From: a virus
Lineage: Duplodnaviria > Caudoviricetes
IMG/VR virus record: IMGVR_UViG_3300033066_001295
Coordinates: 143,817 to 207,816 of that record
Length of the DNA stretch: 64,000 nucleotides
Strand: one strand, 5' to 3'
Below are positions 30,805 to 41,581 of this stretch, piece after piece. Within the stretch, counting starts at the first letter, position 1. Every line of letters begins with the position of its first letter. Both the position numbers and the translations under genes were made by a program. The notes under the pieces are model-generated. The model was not told the DNA's origin, made no database searches, and saw only the letters and a program-made list of their open reading frames with translations.

Positions 30805-33800
30805 TTAGGCACAGGTGACTGAGTTGCTATCAACTGATGTGTACCCCATTGAGTTTGTTGCTGTGACGTTAAAGTGGATGCTGTTCCCGGAATCAAATGT
30901 GGCAACTGTAACAGAAGAGCTAACTCCACCATAGTAACCGTTATTTGAGTAGGTGAAAACAGGTGCAGGTACTGCGTCCCATGTGCCAGTATTAACTGAA
31001 ATAATATCACCACTGTTGGCTGGCTCACCTGAACTTGCAGTAGCTACAGGTGCCACTGAGCACGATGGAGCGTAGCCTATAACAGTCCACCCCTTGGATA
31101 GAGCTATAGTGGCGTCACAAGACCCTATGCCTGATGTACGTGTTGTGATGGTCTTTGAAGAAACGGTAGCAAGGTTGTTGAACACAACATCAAAAGCAGT
31201 GGCATCAAGGGCTGTATCAGACAGGTCTATGTCTGCTGATATACCAAACAAACCACATGATGTGAGAGTTGAACAACCAAATAGTGCAGAAGTAAAGTCA
31301 GTCCCGGAAGATACATTACAGGTGCCTATAGACGTAAGGCTTGAACAGCCATCCCAAGCACTTGCGAAGTTAACACCAGACGACATGTCATTGTCTAAGA
31401 ATGTTATAAGAGAAGTGCAACCAGTCCAAGCGTTCTGGAAGAACTCTGCTGATGACATATCAAGAGTTGGGAATGAAGTGAGACCTGAGCAACCATACCA
31501 AGCTGAGTTGAAGTTAACTGCTACAGGAGTCACTATAGCGGGGAATGAGGTAAGTCCTGAGCAAAGGAACCAAGCTGCACTAAAGTCAGAACCTGAAGTG
31601 AAATTGATGGCAGGGAATGAAGTGAGGGATGTACAAGTAGTCCAAGAACCATTAAACACTTCACCAACAGGGAATGAGGTTGAAAGGAACGAAACAAGAC
31701 CTGAGCAGCCGTACCAAGCGGATGTAAAATCAACACCTGAAGCAAAGTTGATGGCAGGGAATGAAGTAAGACCTGAGCAACCATTCCAAGCATTTGAGAA
31801 ATTAACACCACTTGAGAGGTCAAGAGCAGGGAATGAAGTAAGGCTTGAGCACCCGGACCACGTGTAGTCAAAATCAGTGCCCAAAGACAGGTTCAAGACA
31901 GGCAGGGATGTGAGACTTGAACATGAACCCCACGTTTCAACAAAGCTGGTTCCTGATGATAGATCAAGAGCAGGGAATGAGGTAAGGCTTGAACAAGAAG
32001 CCCAAGCATGGTCGAAGTTTGTGACTGAAGAGAAGTTACCTCCAGATGCAATACTAATAAGATTGGAGCACCCAGTGAATGCACCCGACATGCTTCTCCA
32101 GATACCACTACCCCACTGGTCAATGGACCTCAGCTTTGTGGCACTGCTGCTACCATCAAACTTCAGGGCTGGAAGAGTTCCGACTATGGTAACCTGATAG
32201 TTGCCATTGGTAGCATAAGTGTGAGTGGCACCTGAGTCATCCCAAGATGTTACAACGCTGTGTGACCCATCACCCCAGTAAACAGTGAAATAATATGACT
32301 CAGTTGAAACCAGAGGCAGCGTTATACCACTCGCGCCATTGAAGAAGGTAGCCTTAAAGGCTGTACTGAAACCACCACCTCTCCAGATATTACGTGGTGG
32401 TGAAACCACCTCAACTGTCATGCTCTCGTCAGTGCTGCTTGGTCGAGATATATGTGAAGATGAGATTGTATCAACAAAAGGGCTTTCCAATAGTACACTT
32501 GCTGTTGAAGAGACGGTGAGAAGTGTAACCTCAAGTGAATCTCTTGAGTTATGCCATGCCATGCCACCCTCATACTCAGAGTTTTTGAGAACACCAGAAG
32601 ATGCGTCCTGATGCAACTTTGCGAAAACGGGGAATGACCCGTCGCCACACTTAACACAGAGCATCAGTGTTCTTTTCTGCTGTGTTGATGGCACAAAGAT
32701 TGAGTCAGTAGGGTCAAATGACTCAGTTCTGTCCTCTGAGTAATGAAGGCTCCCTGAGTGAACAATAGCACTACTGGACAAGTTTAGATCGCTTGTCGAA
32801 TTAACGTACACCCTATAGCCAACAGAGCCTGAAAGCTGACCTGAGTCGAAAGGTCTAATACTTGTATAACAGGTGTTACCTGAACTATGCCATAGGTCAA
32901 AGTCAATCAGCTTGACCCAGAAGCTCTTGTCTGAAGCAGTGCTACCAGCCACATAAACTGCCGAGATGGTGATATAGACATCACCGATGGTCAAAATCTG
33001 GTACACGCCAGTGTAACCAGACTCATCTGAGAAGAAGAGCTTCAACCCGATGTACAAATCATCGGTGTTTATTGTTGAAGCAAAGTTGATGCGTACCTTA
33101 CCTCCACTGTTAGTGAGAGATGTGTAGTTTAGCTGTGGAGGGGTAAACACCCTAGACTTCATCTTCTTCCATGGGTACTCAATATCAATGTCATGATAAA
33201 ATGCACCTGAACCTGATACAGGCTCAATAGGCCCATCCAGATAGCTTATGCCGACATCAATACGCTGAGGCCCCATGTTTGAGGCAGCCGACGAGTGACT
33301 GTAAGAAGAGATATAAGGCCTGTTAGTGACACGGTCACGCCATGCATACAGGTTATGGTGGTCGAGGAACCAGACAGGGTAGTTGTAGTCAAGACCATAG
33401 CCTGCTGAGCTACTGGATGGCACAGGCTCAATAATACCACACTCGATGCCCCTGTTATCCCACCTTGGGTCCTGACCACGAAACTCAGCACCATGCCATG
33501 ACTCACCATCATCCGAATTGAAGTAGTGATGCCACAAGCCCTCGGAGAAACCCTCTGCATTAAGCTGAATTGGGGTGGCAAACACAAGTTTACCTCCAAC
33601 CCATTCAAGCTTCACATCATTCAGCATTGGCGTATTGACATGGCCAAATGAGAAATCCTGATTGATGACAACATGGGAAAGGTCATCTTCTGGTGCGTCC
33701 TGAAAAACGAAATTATCAGATGGTACATCTGTTGAAAAAGCCGCAGCACCCATGTACCGGGCAACTTTTTCTGGGATTGACTCCACTACATTCTGGATGT

Positions 33801-36225
33801 CATCATTCAAGTAACTCTCAGAACCATCACGCAGGTGTATGGTCTCAACAGCAGCTTCAGGAGTGCTGGATGAGGCTATGAGACCTTTGTCATAGATCAC
33901 CACATAGGCGTTGTACTCATCGTCCTCAACAGCCTTGAATAGAACCAGTGTTGTTTCTGATGACGTTGTGACGGTGAATGTAACAACGCCAAGATCAGTT
34001 ATACCCCACCGGTAAAACTTACCGTCTATGTCCTTCTGAACAACTGGGATGGTTGTGGCGTCAGTAGTGACCTTCCATTTAATGGAGAAGTCTTTTGCAA
34101 CAGAAAGACGATACCTTATACCTGAAGGGCTTTCCATGACCACAGCAGACTCAACCAGCAACGGAGCATAGTTGATGTTATCACGGAAGTAGATACCGTT
34201 GATGTCACGACGCATTGTACGTGACACGGGCTTCATATCTTCAACAAGCTGCCTCACCACGGCAACAAGTTCAAAGTAAGCCTTCATGTTTAGCTGATAG
34301 TTGACAGAAGGGTCAGCCTGAGACTCCATACCAACTATGTCACCCAGAATTGGGTAAGCACCAGCCGTCTGGCCTACAGAGTACACTTTTATTAGCTTGC
34401 CACTTAGAGACTGGCTACCAGAACCGCTCGGAACAACGCCATCATCATAGCCATTACCTTGGAAAAAGGCTGACCCATACTCTGTTGAAATGGATACAAA
34501 AGGCACAAGACCTGAGATACCTGAGTCATAGAGTTTCAGTGAGTTACCTAGACCATCAAAATCTGATACAGTGTACTCCCCATCATAGAGGCCACTAAAT
34601 GAGTTCTTGATTACTACAGGGGCAGTATTGCTGGTTGAAACAACGTCAGAGAAGTTAAGCAAGGCCTTGCCTGAACCATCGTCCTCAATGCTGTTTATAT
34701 CAAGCTTTGACCTGCCGTAAGCATTGGAGTCATAAGCAGCGTTTTCACCCTCCAGCATACCAAGAGTGATGTGTGTCTCACCACTGGTAAGGGACACTGA
34801 CAAAACCTTGTAGTTCTTGTTACGATCAATCAAGAAAGAGTCATCGTCATACTGACTTGATGAGTTGGTAATGACTACGCTATCACCACTGTTAACAAAA
34901 GATGTAACATCTGAAGGCACGACAGCACTAAGTGTGTTGGTCACAATATCAACACTGTAGCTGAATCCACCAATATCCTTGAGACTGTTGTTCTTGGTTA
35001 CATTGACAGCCGGATAGTGCAGCATGAACCCTATAGGGTCAATGGCAGTAATAAGGTCAAAAAATGATGACTTGAACTTGATTTTACTCTGAGGGCCTGA
35101 CAGCGACATTTTCTGCTTAGCCTCAAGAAGGTCATAGTCCACACTCTCATCACAGATGCTCGCTGTAGAGATCAGATTGCTGATGGTGAGAGTGACACTA
35201 TTAGCCCAGTCCCCATGAGCTACTGCTTCAAAAATAAATGAAGTCGTCCCGTCATCTGACGGGATAGACACACTGGCACGTGTGTGGTTACTGCCAGAAG
35301 CTAAGTTGTAAGTTCCGTACTTTAGCTTCTTATCAACCAGACTGGTAAAGTTACCGAATGGGTTGTGATTGTTGACAATAAGGTTGTAGTGCAGCCTGCT
35401 TGAGGTGACATGTGTGACGTTCTCAAACTCCACAGTGTAGATGAAGTTGGCATCATCCAGAATATTTGGATTATAGGTTATTGAGCCATAAGGAAGCTGG
35501 AGTGTCTCCTCCTTGTTGTAACTGTCACCCAAACCGTCCTCCCTCGTGTAAGCCTTCACAAGGTCCTCAACATTGCCATATGTGTCGGAGAGAGGGTTAT
35601 AGGGGTACTCTTCCGGGTAGTAGGCGAAATCAGAGTCGTTTCTGGTAGCTTTAGGCTCTCCGGGGTCCTTGATGGCAAACCTGCTCCAAAGCTCAGACAC
35701 CTTCAAGTCGATGAAGCCAAGAACCCTGCCTATAACATAAATAGCTGAGTGGGTTCCTGAAATGTGTGACCGAAGAACTCCAGTTTTAACCCATGAACGA
35801 AGGATTCCTGATACAAACCTGCCAAGAAGCTTCACACCAACAGTGTCAGAAAGAAGACCAAGGAACTTCAGTTCCATCTCTCTGGCATTCAAGCTCTGAG
35901 GAAGCCTCGTTTTGAGTGTTTCCATGTAGCCAAGCTCACCAGAAGAAAGGGCACCTGATTCCTGCTTGTAAATCAAGTCTAGGTAGGTGTCATAGTCTGC
36001 TTGAGACTCACCAAAGTCTTCCGGTGAGAACTTGCCACACTGGCCGGGGTCTTGAAGCCTTGGCATCTCACGCAACTTCTCCGCTGCATGATTGTGAAAC
36101 TCAGTGAGGGCATTAAAAACAACCCTGATTGAGTCATTTGGGTCCGTAGCCCTTACTATATAGGGGAGCAGACGATACAAATCGTCAGGACCCAAGGTAG
36201 CAATGTTATAATCAACCTCTCTCAT
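30805..36225 (-). CDS. large baseplate wedge/tail protein with PKD domain and BspA/DUF285-like leucine-rich repeats
   Basis: N-terminal wedge-like region, VYWGDGS..THTYATNGNYQVTI, about 11 repeats of FxxAWxGCSxLTSFPxxDxSSG. Confidence 0.7.
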   Translation of the reverse strand: MREVDYNIATLGPDDLYRLLPYIVRATDPNDSIRVVFNALTEFHNHAAEKLREMPRLQDPGQCGKFSPEDFGESQADYDTYLDLIYKQESGALSSGELGYMETLKTRLPQSLNAREMELKFLGLLSDTVGVKLLGRFVSGILRSWVKTGVLRSHISGTHSAIYVIGRVLGFIDLKVSELWSRFAIKDPGEPKATRNDSDFAYYPEEYPYNPLSDTYGNVEDLVKAYTREDGLGDSYNKEETLQLPYGSITYNPNILDDANFIYTVEFENVTHVTSSRLHYNLIVNNHNPFGNFTSLVDKKLKYGTYNLASGSNHTRASVSIPSDDGTTSFIFEAVAHGDWANSVTLTISNLISTASICDESVDYDLLEAKQKMSLSGPQSKIKFKSSFFDLITAIDPIGFMLHYPAVNVTKNNSLKDIGGFSYSVDIVTNTLSAVVPSDVTSFVNSGDSVVITNSSSQYDDDSFLIDRNKNYKVLSVSLTSGETHITLGMLEGENAAYDSNAYGRSKLDINSIEDDGSGKALLNFSDVVSTSNTAPVVIKNSFSGLYDGEYTVSDFDGLGNSLKLYDSGISGLVPFVSISTEYGSAFFQGNGYDDGVVPSGSGSQSLSGKLIKVYSVGQTAGAYPILGDIVGMESQADPSVNYQLNMKAYFELVAVVRQLVEDMKPVSRTMRRDINGIYFRDNINYAPLLVESAVVMESPSGIRYRLSVAKDFSIKWKVTTDATTIPVVQKDIDGKFYRWGITDLGVVTFTVTTSSETTLVLFKAVEDDEYNAYVVIYDKGLIASSSTPEAAVETIHLRDGSESYLNDDIQNVVESIPEKVARYMGAAAFSTDVPSDNFVFQDAPEDDLSHVVINQDFSFGHVNTPMLNDVKLEWVGGKLVFATPIQLNAEGFSEGLWHHYFNSDDGESWHGAEFRGQDPRWDNRGIECGIIEPVPSSSSAGYGLDYNYPVWFLDHHNLYAWRDRVTNRPYISSYSHSSAASNMGPQRIDVGISYLDGPIEPVSGSGAFYHDIDIEYPWKKMKSRVFTPPQLNYTSLTNSGGKVRINFASTINTDDLYIGLKLFFSDESGYTGVYQILTIGDVYITISAVYVAGSTASDKSFWVKLIDFDLWHSSGNTCYTSIRPFDSGQLSGSVGYRVYVNSTSDLNLSSSAIVHSGSLHYSEDRTESFDPTDSIFVPSTQQKRTLMLCVKCGDGSFPVFAKLHQDASSGVLKNSEYEGGMAWHNSRDSLEVTLLTVSSTASVLLESPFVDTISSSHISRPSSTDESMTVEVVSPPRNIWRGGGFSTAFKATFFNGASGITLPLVSTESYYFTVYWGDGSHSVVTSWDDSGATHTYATNGNYQVTIVGTLPALKFDGSSSATKLRSIDQWGSGIWRSMSGAFTGCSNLISIASGGNFSSVTNFDHAWASCSSLTSFPALDLSSGTSFVETWGSCSSLTSLPVLNLSLGTDFDYTWSGCSSLTSFPALDLSSGVNFSNAWNGCSGLTSFPAINFASGVDFTSAWYGCSGLVSFLSTSFPVGEVFNGSWTTCTSLTSFPAINFTSGSDFSAAWFLCSGLTSFPAIVTPVAVNFNSAWYGCSGLTSFPTLDMSSAEFFQNAWTGCTSLITFLDNDMSSGVNFASAWDGCSSLTSIGTCNVSSGTDFTSALFGCSTLTSCGLFGISADIDLSDTALDATAFDVVFNNLATVSSKTITTRTSGIGSCDATIALSKGWTVIGYAPSCSVAPVATASSGEPANSGDIISVNTGTWDAVPAPVFTYSNNGYYGGVSSSVTVATFDSGNSIHFNVTATNSMGYTSVDSNSVTCA

Positions 36226-36758
36226 CAGCCTCTATAGAAGGAGCTACGTACACTAGACGCATCAAGTTTTTTTGATGTGATAACAACATTGTTACCACCG
36301 CTAGTGTAACCCGGCATAAGAAGGAAAACACCAGAAAATTTGCACGAAGTTGGATAATTTGTATCAGGCTCCCAAGGACCTGAAGCAGATGTTGTTATAG
36401 TCTTGATTGAACCGGGACAGTCAATGTAATCGCCCAAGCTTAGCGTCACAACAAGAGGCGAGTTACAGTTTTCGCCTTCCAGTGTATGAGCAGCCCATGA
36501 GTGCATGAGACGCATTTTCTCAACCAAAGTACTTCTGGACTTGATGTCACCAATACCTGCGACAAGTTGGAAGTCAAAGGCATATTCAACAGGCTGGTCA
36601 CCTTTCCAGATAGCCAAGCTAACAGAGGTAATGCTCATGCCACTAACCTTCCAGTCATTATTCCTTGTTATATTTATCGAATCAGCCCCATAAATAGGCA
36701 CAGAACCCCCCTCCCCGGAGAATTTGCCCATCTGGTTGATTGTTTTCGATAGACTCAT
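36225..36758 (-). CDS. baseplate/tail-tube-initiator-like protein
   Basis: SPLVVTLSLGDYIDCPGSIKTI..GPW..PTSC; structural gene context. Confidence 0.5.
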   Translation of the reverse strand: MSLSKTINQMGKFSGEGGSVPIYGADSINITRNNDWKVSGMSITSVSLAIWKGDQPVEYAFDFQLVAGIGDIKSRSTLVEKMRLMHSWAAHTLEGENCNSPLVVTLSLGDYIDCPGSIKTITTSASGPWEPDTNYPTSCKFSGVFLLMPGYTSGGNNVVITSKKLDASSVRSSFYRG

Positions 36759-36778
36759 GGTTAGCTATCTATAAATAG

Positions 36779-37825
36779 ATGTCAGCACCAGTAGTAAGCC
36801 TCAAGAAGTTAGAGCCAAAAAACGGCACGTTGATAAATGGCGTGTGGGTGTTTGAGATTGGCACACCCGTCATAGTAAACTATGCTGTTGACTCCTCTGG
36901 TGATGGTCAGAAGTATATCAAACAGGTGATAAACTGGGGTGACGAAACTGTCGTAGAATCGTCACAGCTTCCTGTAGGAAGGCCTTTTCAGTCACATCAT
37001 GCCTACACAGAAGTAGGAGAGTACACAATCAAGCTTGGTGCTGTAAACTTGAGTGGTGCTGAGTGCCTGTACAACAGCAACAACCTCATCAGGGTCAGAG
37101 TAACACCTCTAGCCGAGAGCAAGAAGGAGCTTTTCAAGTGGCGCGGTCTTGCTCTGCCCTTCAAGAGTATATCAGACAACATAGCAGCAATAGAGGACCT
37201 GCCTGTATCAATCACGTTCGCTCTTGCTCAAGATGCACCAGAACTGGCAGAGGATAATACCCCAAATACAGTGATAGTAGTAGCTGGAGAAGCTCTTGAA
37301 TTTGAGCTAGGTGCCAGTGTTGTCATATCTCAGGAGGACAAGCTCATCACCACCAGCAAGGTTGTTGGTATAAACCTGAATGTCATCACACTGGATGAGT
37401 CATTCCCTCTTGTTGACTCTTATGAAAGAGACAAGGCCACAGTTGAGCTAATCAGGTCAAATCTAGGCAGGACATTCCATAAGGAGAGGGTTAACAAAAG
37501 CTGGTATTTCCCTGTGTCATACGACAATGACTTGGTAAAGGCCTCCATTGCAAATATCCTGTCAACAACACCCTATGAGCGGGTGATGCTGCCTGAATTT
37601 GGCAGCAGACTTCATGAGATACCCTTTGAGCCAAATGACAAGTTTACTAATGGCCTCATTCAAAGGTATGTTGTAACAGCCATTGAAAAATGGGAGCCAA
37701 GAGCGGATGTTGTTGATGTTAAGATAGTTAATTTGAATGACACAGTAACAGCCCACATAAAGCTGAAAATCAACTTGGAGACATTCACGGTTGATTTTAA
37801 CCTAGACCAGTCACTAACAGCCTGA
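36779..37825 (+). CDS. PKD-fused gp25-like baseplate wedge protein
   Basis: LVKASIANILSTTPYERVMLPEFGSRL..FEP..AIEKWEPR; N-terminal INWGD..HAYTEVGEYTIKL. Confidence 0.85.
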   Translation: MSAPVVSLKKLEPKNGTLINGVWVFEIGTPVIVNYAVDSSGDGQKYIKQVINWGDETVVESSQLPVGRPFQSHHAYTEVGEYTIKLGAVNLSGAECLYNSNNLIRVRVTPLAESKKELFKWRGLALPFKSISDNIAAIEDLPVSITFALAQDAPELAEDNTPNTVIVVAGEALEFELGASVVISQEDKLITTSKVVGINLNVITLDESFPLVDSYERDKATVELIRSNLGRTFHKERVNKSWYFPVSYDNDLVKASIANILSTTPYERVMLPEFGSRLHEIPFEPNDKFTNGLIQRYVVTAIEKWEPRADVVDVKIVNLNDTVTAHIKLKINLETFTVDFNLDQSLTA

Positions 37826-38622
37826 TGAGAGTGCTCTCTAAAAATTCAAGATACCACTCAACACCTCTTGTTACAGATGACAAGAACGTGACCAGATTCA
37901 TTGAGTGGAAACCACCCCTCTATGGTGAAATACCCGAGTTCATTTATACTGTTGATGCTCGTGACATAGACAGACCCGGATTCATCAGCCACAGGCTGTT
38001 TGGCACAGTTCAGCTATGGTGGCTGATTCTTCACTACAACAAGATAACCGACCCCTACACTCTTGAAGTAGGGCAGAAGCTGAGAATACCCTCAGTTGAC
38101 ATAATCAAAAGAAGGCTGGACTCGAAATCAAGAGTGTCACAGCTATTCACAGATATTGCCGTTAATGAGGGCAACTACAAAGTGAACAAGATGATCAGGA
38201 GGAAGGTGCTGCCGTTCAAAAGCCCTCCGTCCTCGACATCGACTACATCAACAACCACCACGCTGTTCTTGTTCAACTTTGCCTTCCCAGTTCCTGACAA
38301 CCTGTCTGGGACGACACACTTTCAGCTTCAAATATCTGATACAAGTGACTTCAGTAACTTGCTGTCGTCACTGATGACACAAACCTCAGTTGAGAGGTGG
38401 TTCTACTATGACCCATCAGCTTCAAGTGGGGCAGGGGCTTTCAGGGCTTTTCCAACTGCCGGGATAAATGGTTCGGCCTATGCATCACAAACAGTCTATT
38501 ACAAAGTATCTGAAAGTAACCTTGCAGGTGCTGAAGCCCCGGAGTACTACTTTCGCTACCGTACATGGGTTAACAACATTGAAGGCCCATGGTTTGTAAG
38601 CCCACCTTTGATCCTATCATGA
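37825..38622 (+). CDS. gp53-like baseplate wedge protein (LysM-like)
   Basis: DRPGFISHRLFGTVQLWWLILHYNKITDPYTLEVGQKLRIP. Confidence 0.8.
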   Translation: MRVLSKNSRYHSTPLVTDDKNVTRFIEWKPPLYGEIPEFIYTVDARDIDRPGFISHRLFGTVQLWWLILHYNKITDPYTLEVGQKLRIPSVDIIKRRLDSKSRVSQLFTDIAVNEGNYKVNKMIRRKVLPFKSPPSSTSTTSTTTTLFLFNFAFPVPDNLSGTTHFQLQISDTSDFSNLLSSLMTQTSVERWFYYDPSASSGAGAFRAFPTAGINGSAYASQTVYYKVSESNLAGAEAPEYYFRYRTWVNNIEGPWFVSPPLILS

Positions 38623-39080
38623 ACGCTGAAATACTTATTGAGGAGATAAACAGGACCTCACTGAAAGAACACCTGTGCAGCTTTGCCTTGGCAAAAACAG
38701 ACTTTATCCTACCGGCTCTCATAGAGGGTGGAAATCCAGTTTACAAGATAAAAGGTGATACTGTGCTCTTCGGGTACACCAACCCCCCAGTTGGTGTAGG
38801 GTACACCAAACTTTCAAGAGATCAGGCCTTGTCTTGGTTCAACTCACTCAATGAGAGTGATACTGGTGAGGATACCAGTGAGGAATCAGACAGTGGTGCT
38901 TGTGAAATATGTGAAGTGACCCCCTACCAGTGGGATAAACTCGTCCAGATCGTCAATGGTGAGCAAACTGAAGTGGACGAAGATGTAAGGTGGTTAGCAG
39001 AGACTGGTCTTGTCACTATCAAGCTTAGTGGTAACCCTCAAGCTACGTCTCTTGGCCGTAACTGGGCCAGACTAAAATAA
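38619..39080 (+). CDS. hypothetical protein
   Basis: 153-aa ORF overlapping the upstream stop. Confidence 0.55.
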   Translation: MNAEILIEEINRTSLKEHLCSFALAKTDFILPALIEGGNPVYKIKGDTVLFGYTNPPVGVGYTKLSRDQALSWFNSLNESDTGEDTSEESDSGACEICEVTPYQWDKLVQIVNGEQTEVDEDVRWLAETGLVTIKLSGNPQATSLGRNWARLK

Positions 39081-39081
39081 A

Positions 39082-39111
39082 AACGGACTGATGGGGCTAC
39101 CATCAGTCCGT
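39082..39111. terminator. hairpin terminator between convergent genes
   Basis: AACGGACTGATGG-GCTA-CCATCAGTCCGTT with a T-tract on the minus strand. Confidence 0.75.
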
Positions 39112-39132
39112 TCTGCTGCTCTTGAGAATAGA

Positions 39133-39555
39133 TCAGACTTCAGCGGGAGGAGGGGTGGTTTCGACAGGAGGTGCTTCAGCAGGAGGTGCTTCAGCAGGAG
39201 ATGCTTCAGCAGGAGGTGCTTCAGCTTCAACCTTCACCTTCTTTGTGCGAGGCTTGCGTGGCTTCCTGTTCGGGTCAAAGTCGATGACAGTGATCTCATA
39301 AGACGCACAAGGCTTACCCAGCGGTGAAACAACAGGAGTCTCACTTTCGATCTTTTTGCCCTGATAGTTCTTCTTGAACCTCTGACGCTGAATAGCGAGC
39401 CATCCAGCAAAGGATGTCTTCATAGGCTCCCCAGTTTTTACATCCACATGCTCATGAATGTAAGAGTTACCTTTTTCCAATGACATGAGGGCCAAGATTT
39501 GAGGCTTGCGCTTCCGGCCCCTACCGATTTCGATTGTGTTATTGTCTTCTGACAT
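39133..39555 (-). CDS. hypothetical protein with AEAPP repeats
   Basis: Four 15-bp coding repeats at 39166-39225. Confidence 0.6.
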   Translation of the reverse strand: MSEDNNTIEIGRGRKRKPQILALMSLEKGNSYIHEHVDVKTGEPMKTSFAGWLAIQRQRFKKNYQGKKIESETPVVSPLGKPCASYEITVIDFDPNRKPRKPRTKKVKVEAEAPPAEASPAEAPPAEAPPVETTPPPAEV

Positions 39556-39686
39556 GATCTGATATTAGTTACTTGGTGCTCAGTGTAAAGACGAAATAAA
39601 TTACAAAAATTCAGTTTTTTGTAAAACTTCACTTCACTGGGTATAGTGTAGCACGTGTTATAGGGGCTTGCAACTACAAAATGATT

Positions 39687-40466
39687 CTAGCAAGCACCCG
39701 TTGCATGAATGACAACAGCCTTCAGAGACCTCTGTGAGAAAGCCTGAAGATCAGCATAGCCAGACACAGCAGGGTAGCCATCTGGGTAGTTGACATCATT
39801 CGGAATAAGCACATGCAGGGTGTCAGTATTAGTATCATCCAGCCACAGGGCATCAATCTTAAAATTGGTGCTATTACCAGCTACGTACTGCATGTAGATA
39901 TACTGAGGACTTTCTTCTGTGCCAAGGTTAAGTCTTTCAGTTATAGACATGAGAACTACGTCTGTAATGTCTGCTTTAGTTGGAGTTAAAGTGAAAGTGA
40001 GATGAGTCTTTTCACCGGCACTCCATGTGTAGTCAACCCAGTCTGACACCCTAACTAAGGGAAGTATAGATTCAAGGTGATCAACCTGAGTGCTGAGTGC
40101 TGCTACTGAGGACTGAACTGTAGCCACAGAGCCATCAGTGTAACCTTTCGTGGCAAGGTGGCTTGAAAGAGTAGGGGTGACACCGGGAATGGGGCTGGTG
40201 AACGGGTGTGTCCCATCAGTCTTCACAAAGGTTGTGTCATCAAACCCTGATGTGTAGGGGTTTGTGTTGAATGATGTGATAACAGCATTCAACTTGTCTT
40301 CAACAAGCCTGATTCGATGAAATGAGTCACCCATGTACCTCTGCATTGCCGACAAAGCATTAGCATCTGAGGCATTCACATACCGGATAACACCAGCCGT
40401 GTTAGTAGCATGGTAGCTGTCAGCAGCCGGATAGCTTGTGTCAAGATTTAGCAGAGAAATGGTCAT
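39687..40466 (-). CDS. tail fibre/structural protein
   Basis: FVKTDGTHPFT..PTLSSHLATKGYTD fibre motif. Confidence 0.55.
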   Translation of the reverse strand: MTISLLNLDTSYPAADSYHATNTAGVIRYVNASDANALSAMQRYMGDSFHRIRLVEDKLNAVITSFNTNPYTSGFDDTTFVKTDGTHPFTSPIPGVTPTLSSHLATKGYTDGSVATVQSSVAALSTQVDHLESILPLVRVSDWVDYTWSAGEKTHLTFTLTPTKADITDVVLMSITERLNLGTEESPQYIYMQYVAGNSTNFKIDALWLDDTNTDTLHVLIPNDVNYPDGYPAVSGYADLQAFSQRSLKAVVIHATGAC

Positions 40467-40474
40467 AACAATAG

Positions 40475-41578
40475 TTACAGAGAGCCTCCTTTGTCACGAA
40501 GGCAGGTTATGTGTACTCGATACTCACCAACTCGGTAAATGTGCTTTATTGTGGAGGCATAGCCACGAAGGCTTCCACCTCCTTGTTCGTGAACTACGTT
40601 TACCGTCAAGTTATAAGGGACCTCATCCCACCCCTCACTGCCACGAACAACAACCACAAAAGGAAAAGCAGCGTAAACTTCCTTGTACTGACACCTTAGA
40701 GCAAAACTGTCAATGGCATCCTGTGATGTGAAAGCTGAGTGTGTGTATGACTCACTCTTGTCATAGGGTTCAGGTATAGCCATATCACCATAGCTATTAC
40801 TCACATCAGGACCCTTCTTAGCGAGAAGAGGAACCTTAGAATCCATGTCAAACCCTGTAACCTGATGGACAGCACTACCACTTTCAGCAACCCACTGTGC
40901 TCTTCTGGAAGGGATCACTTCAACGACCATGTCATCATCCACTGTCTTCTCCTCAGCATCGTCGCCTATAACTGACCATATAGCTTCAACCCCATCAATG
41001 GTGAAAAGTCTGAAGCCTGAAGACCCATCCTCACTTTGTGCTCTAGCGTTGACCTCATTAACAATGAAGTCATAGTCAGAAATGTACGGCTGCCTCAACA
41101 CCTTGAACTCAGGTATTGCAGTTGTCTTCTGAACACTTTTGACTGAGAAGCCATTTTCACCAAGGATTGACTCTACCATGTCGCTGAGCTTTTCATACTC
41201 ATGTGCCCTGCACTTCTCAGCCACCTTCATATCATTCTTACACTGCTCACGAGTAAACAGTGTTAGGCTGTAAGCTTCTCCACGGTTGTTATAGTTTAGC
41301 CTGTGATCAACATAGACATGGCTGTGCTTCCGTGTCATAGCCTGATCATCCATGTCAAAAATCTGAAATTTTACAGTCTTGCCTTTAACTGTCTCCTTTG
41401 GCAAGACATCATAAATCTGCTTCCCATCATACAGGCTCTTTATTCGGAAAACGATTTCAGCTTCAGAAAGAGCATTGCTTGTAGTCTGGGTGAAGGTAAG
41501 ACTCTGGCAGGAGGCTGTCAGCATGTCATCCATGTCAACAGCCTCAACCCTCACTTTGAATGTCTTTTCAACGCTCAC
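40475..41578 (-). CDS. baseplate hub (gp27/gpD-like)
   Basis: KLSDMVESIL..LRQPYISDYDFI..TIKHIYRVGEYRVHITC. Confidence 0.55.
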   Translation of the reverse strand: MSVEKTFKVRVEAVDMDDMLTASCQSLTFTQTTSNALSEAEIVFRIKSLYDGKQIYDVLPKETVKGKTVKFQIFDMDDQAMTRKHSHVYVDHRLNYNNRGEAYSLTLFTREQCKNDMKVAEKCRAHEYEKLSDMVESILGENGFSVKSVQKTTAIPEFKVLRQPYISDYDFIVNEVNARAQSEDGSSGFRLFTIDGVEAIWSVIGDDAEEKTVDDDMVVEVIPSRRAQWVAESGSAVHQVTGFDMDSKVPLLAKKGPDVSNSYGDMAIPEPYDKSESYTHSAFTSQDAIDSFALRCQYKEVYAAFPFVVVVRGSEGWDEVPYNLTVNVVHEQGGGSLRGYASTIKHIYRVGEYRVHITCLRDKGGSL

Positions 41579-41581
41579 ACG

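Noticed and set aside
31250-32100. CRISPR array or DGR template/variable repeat
   Set aside because: The 66-bp periodic repeats are degenerate coding LRR units; no spacer pattern, adenine-specific pair or reverse transcriptase in the window
31094-32611. Plus-strand ORFs 31094-31867, 31877-32197 and 32339-32611
   Set aside because: Antisense shadows of the repeat-containing 1806-aa gene
39166-39225. 15-bp tandem repeat as a regulatory element or array
   Set aside because: Encodes AEAPP repeats in ORF 39133-39555
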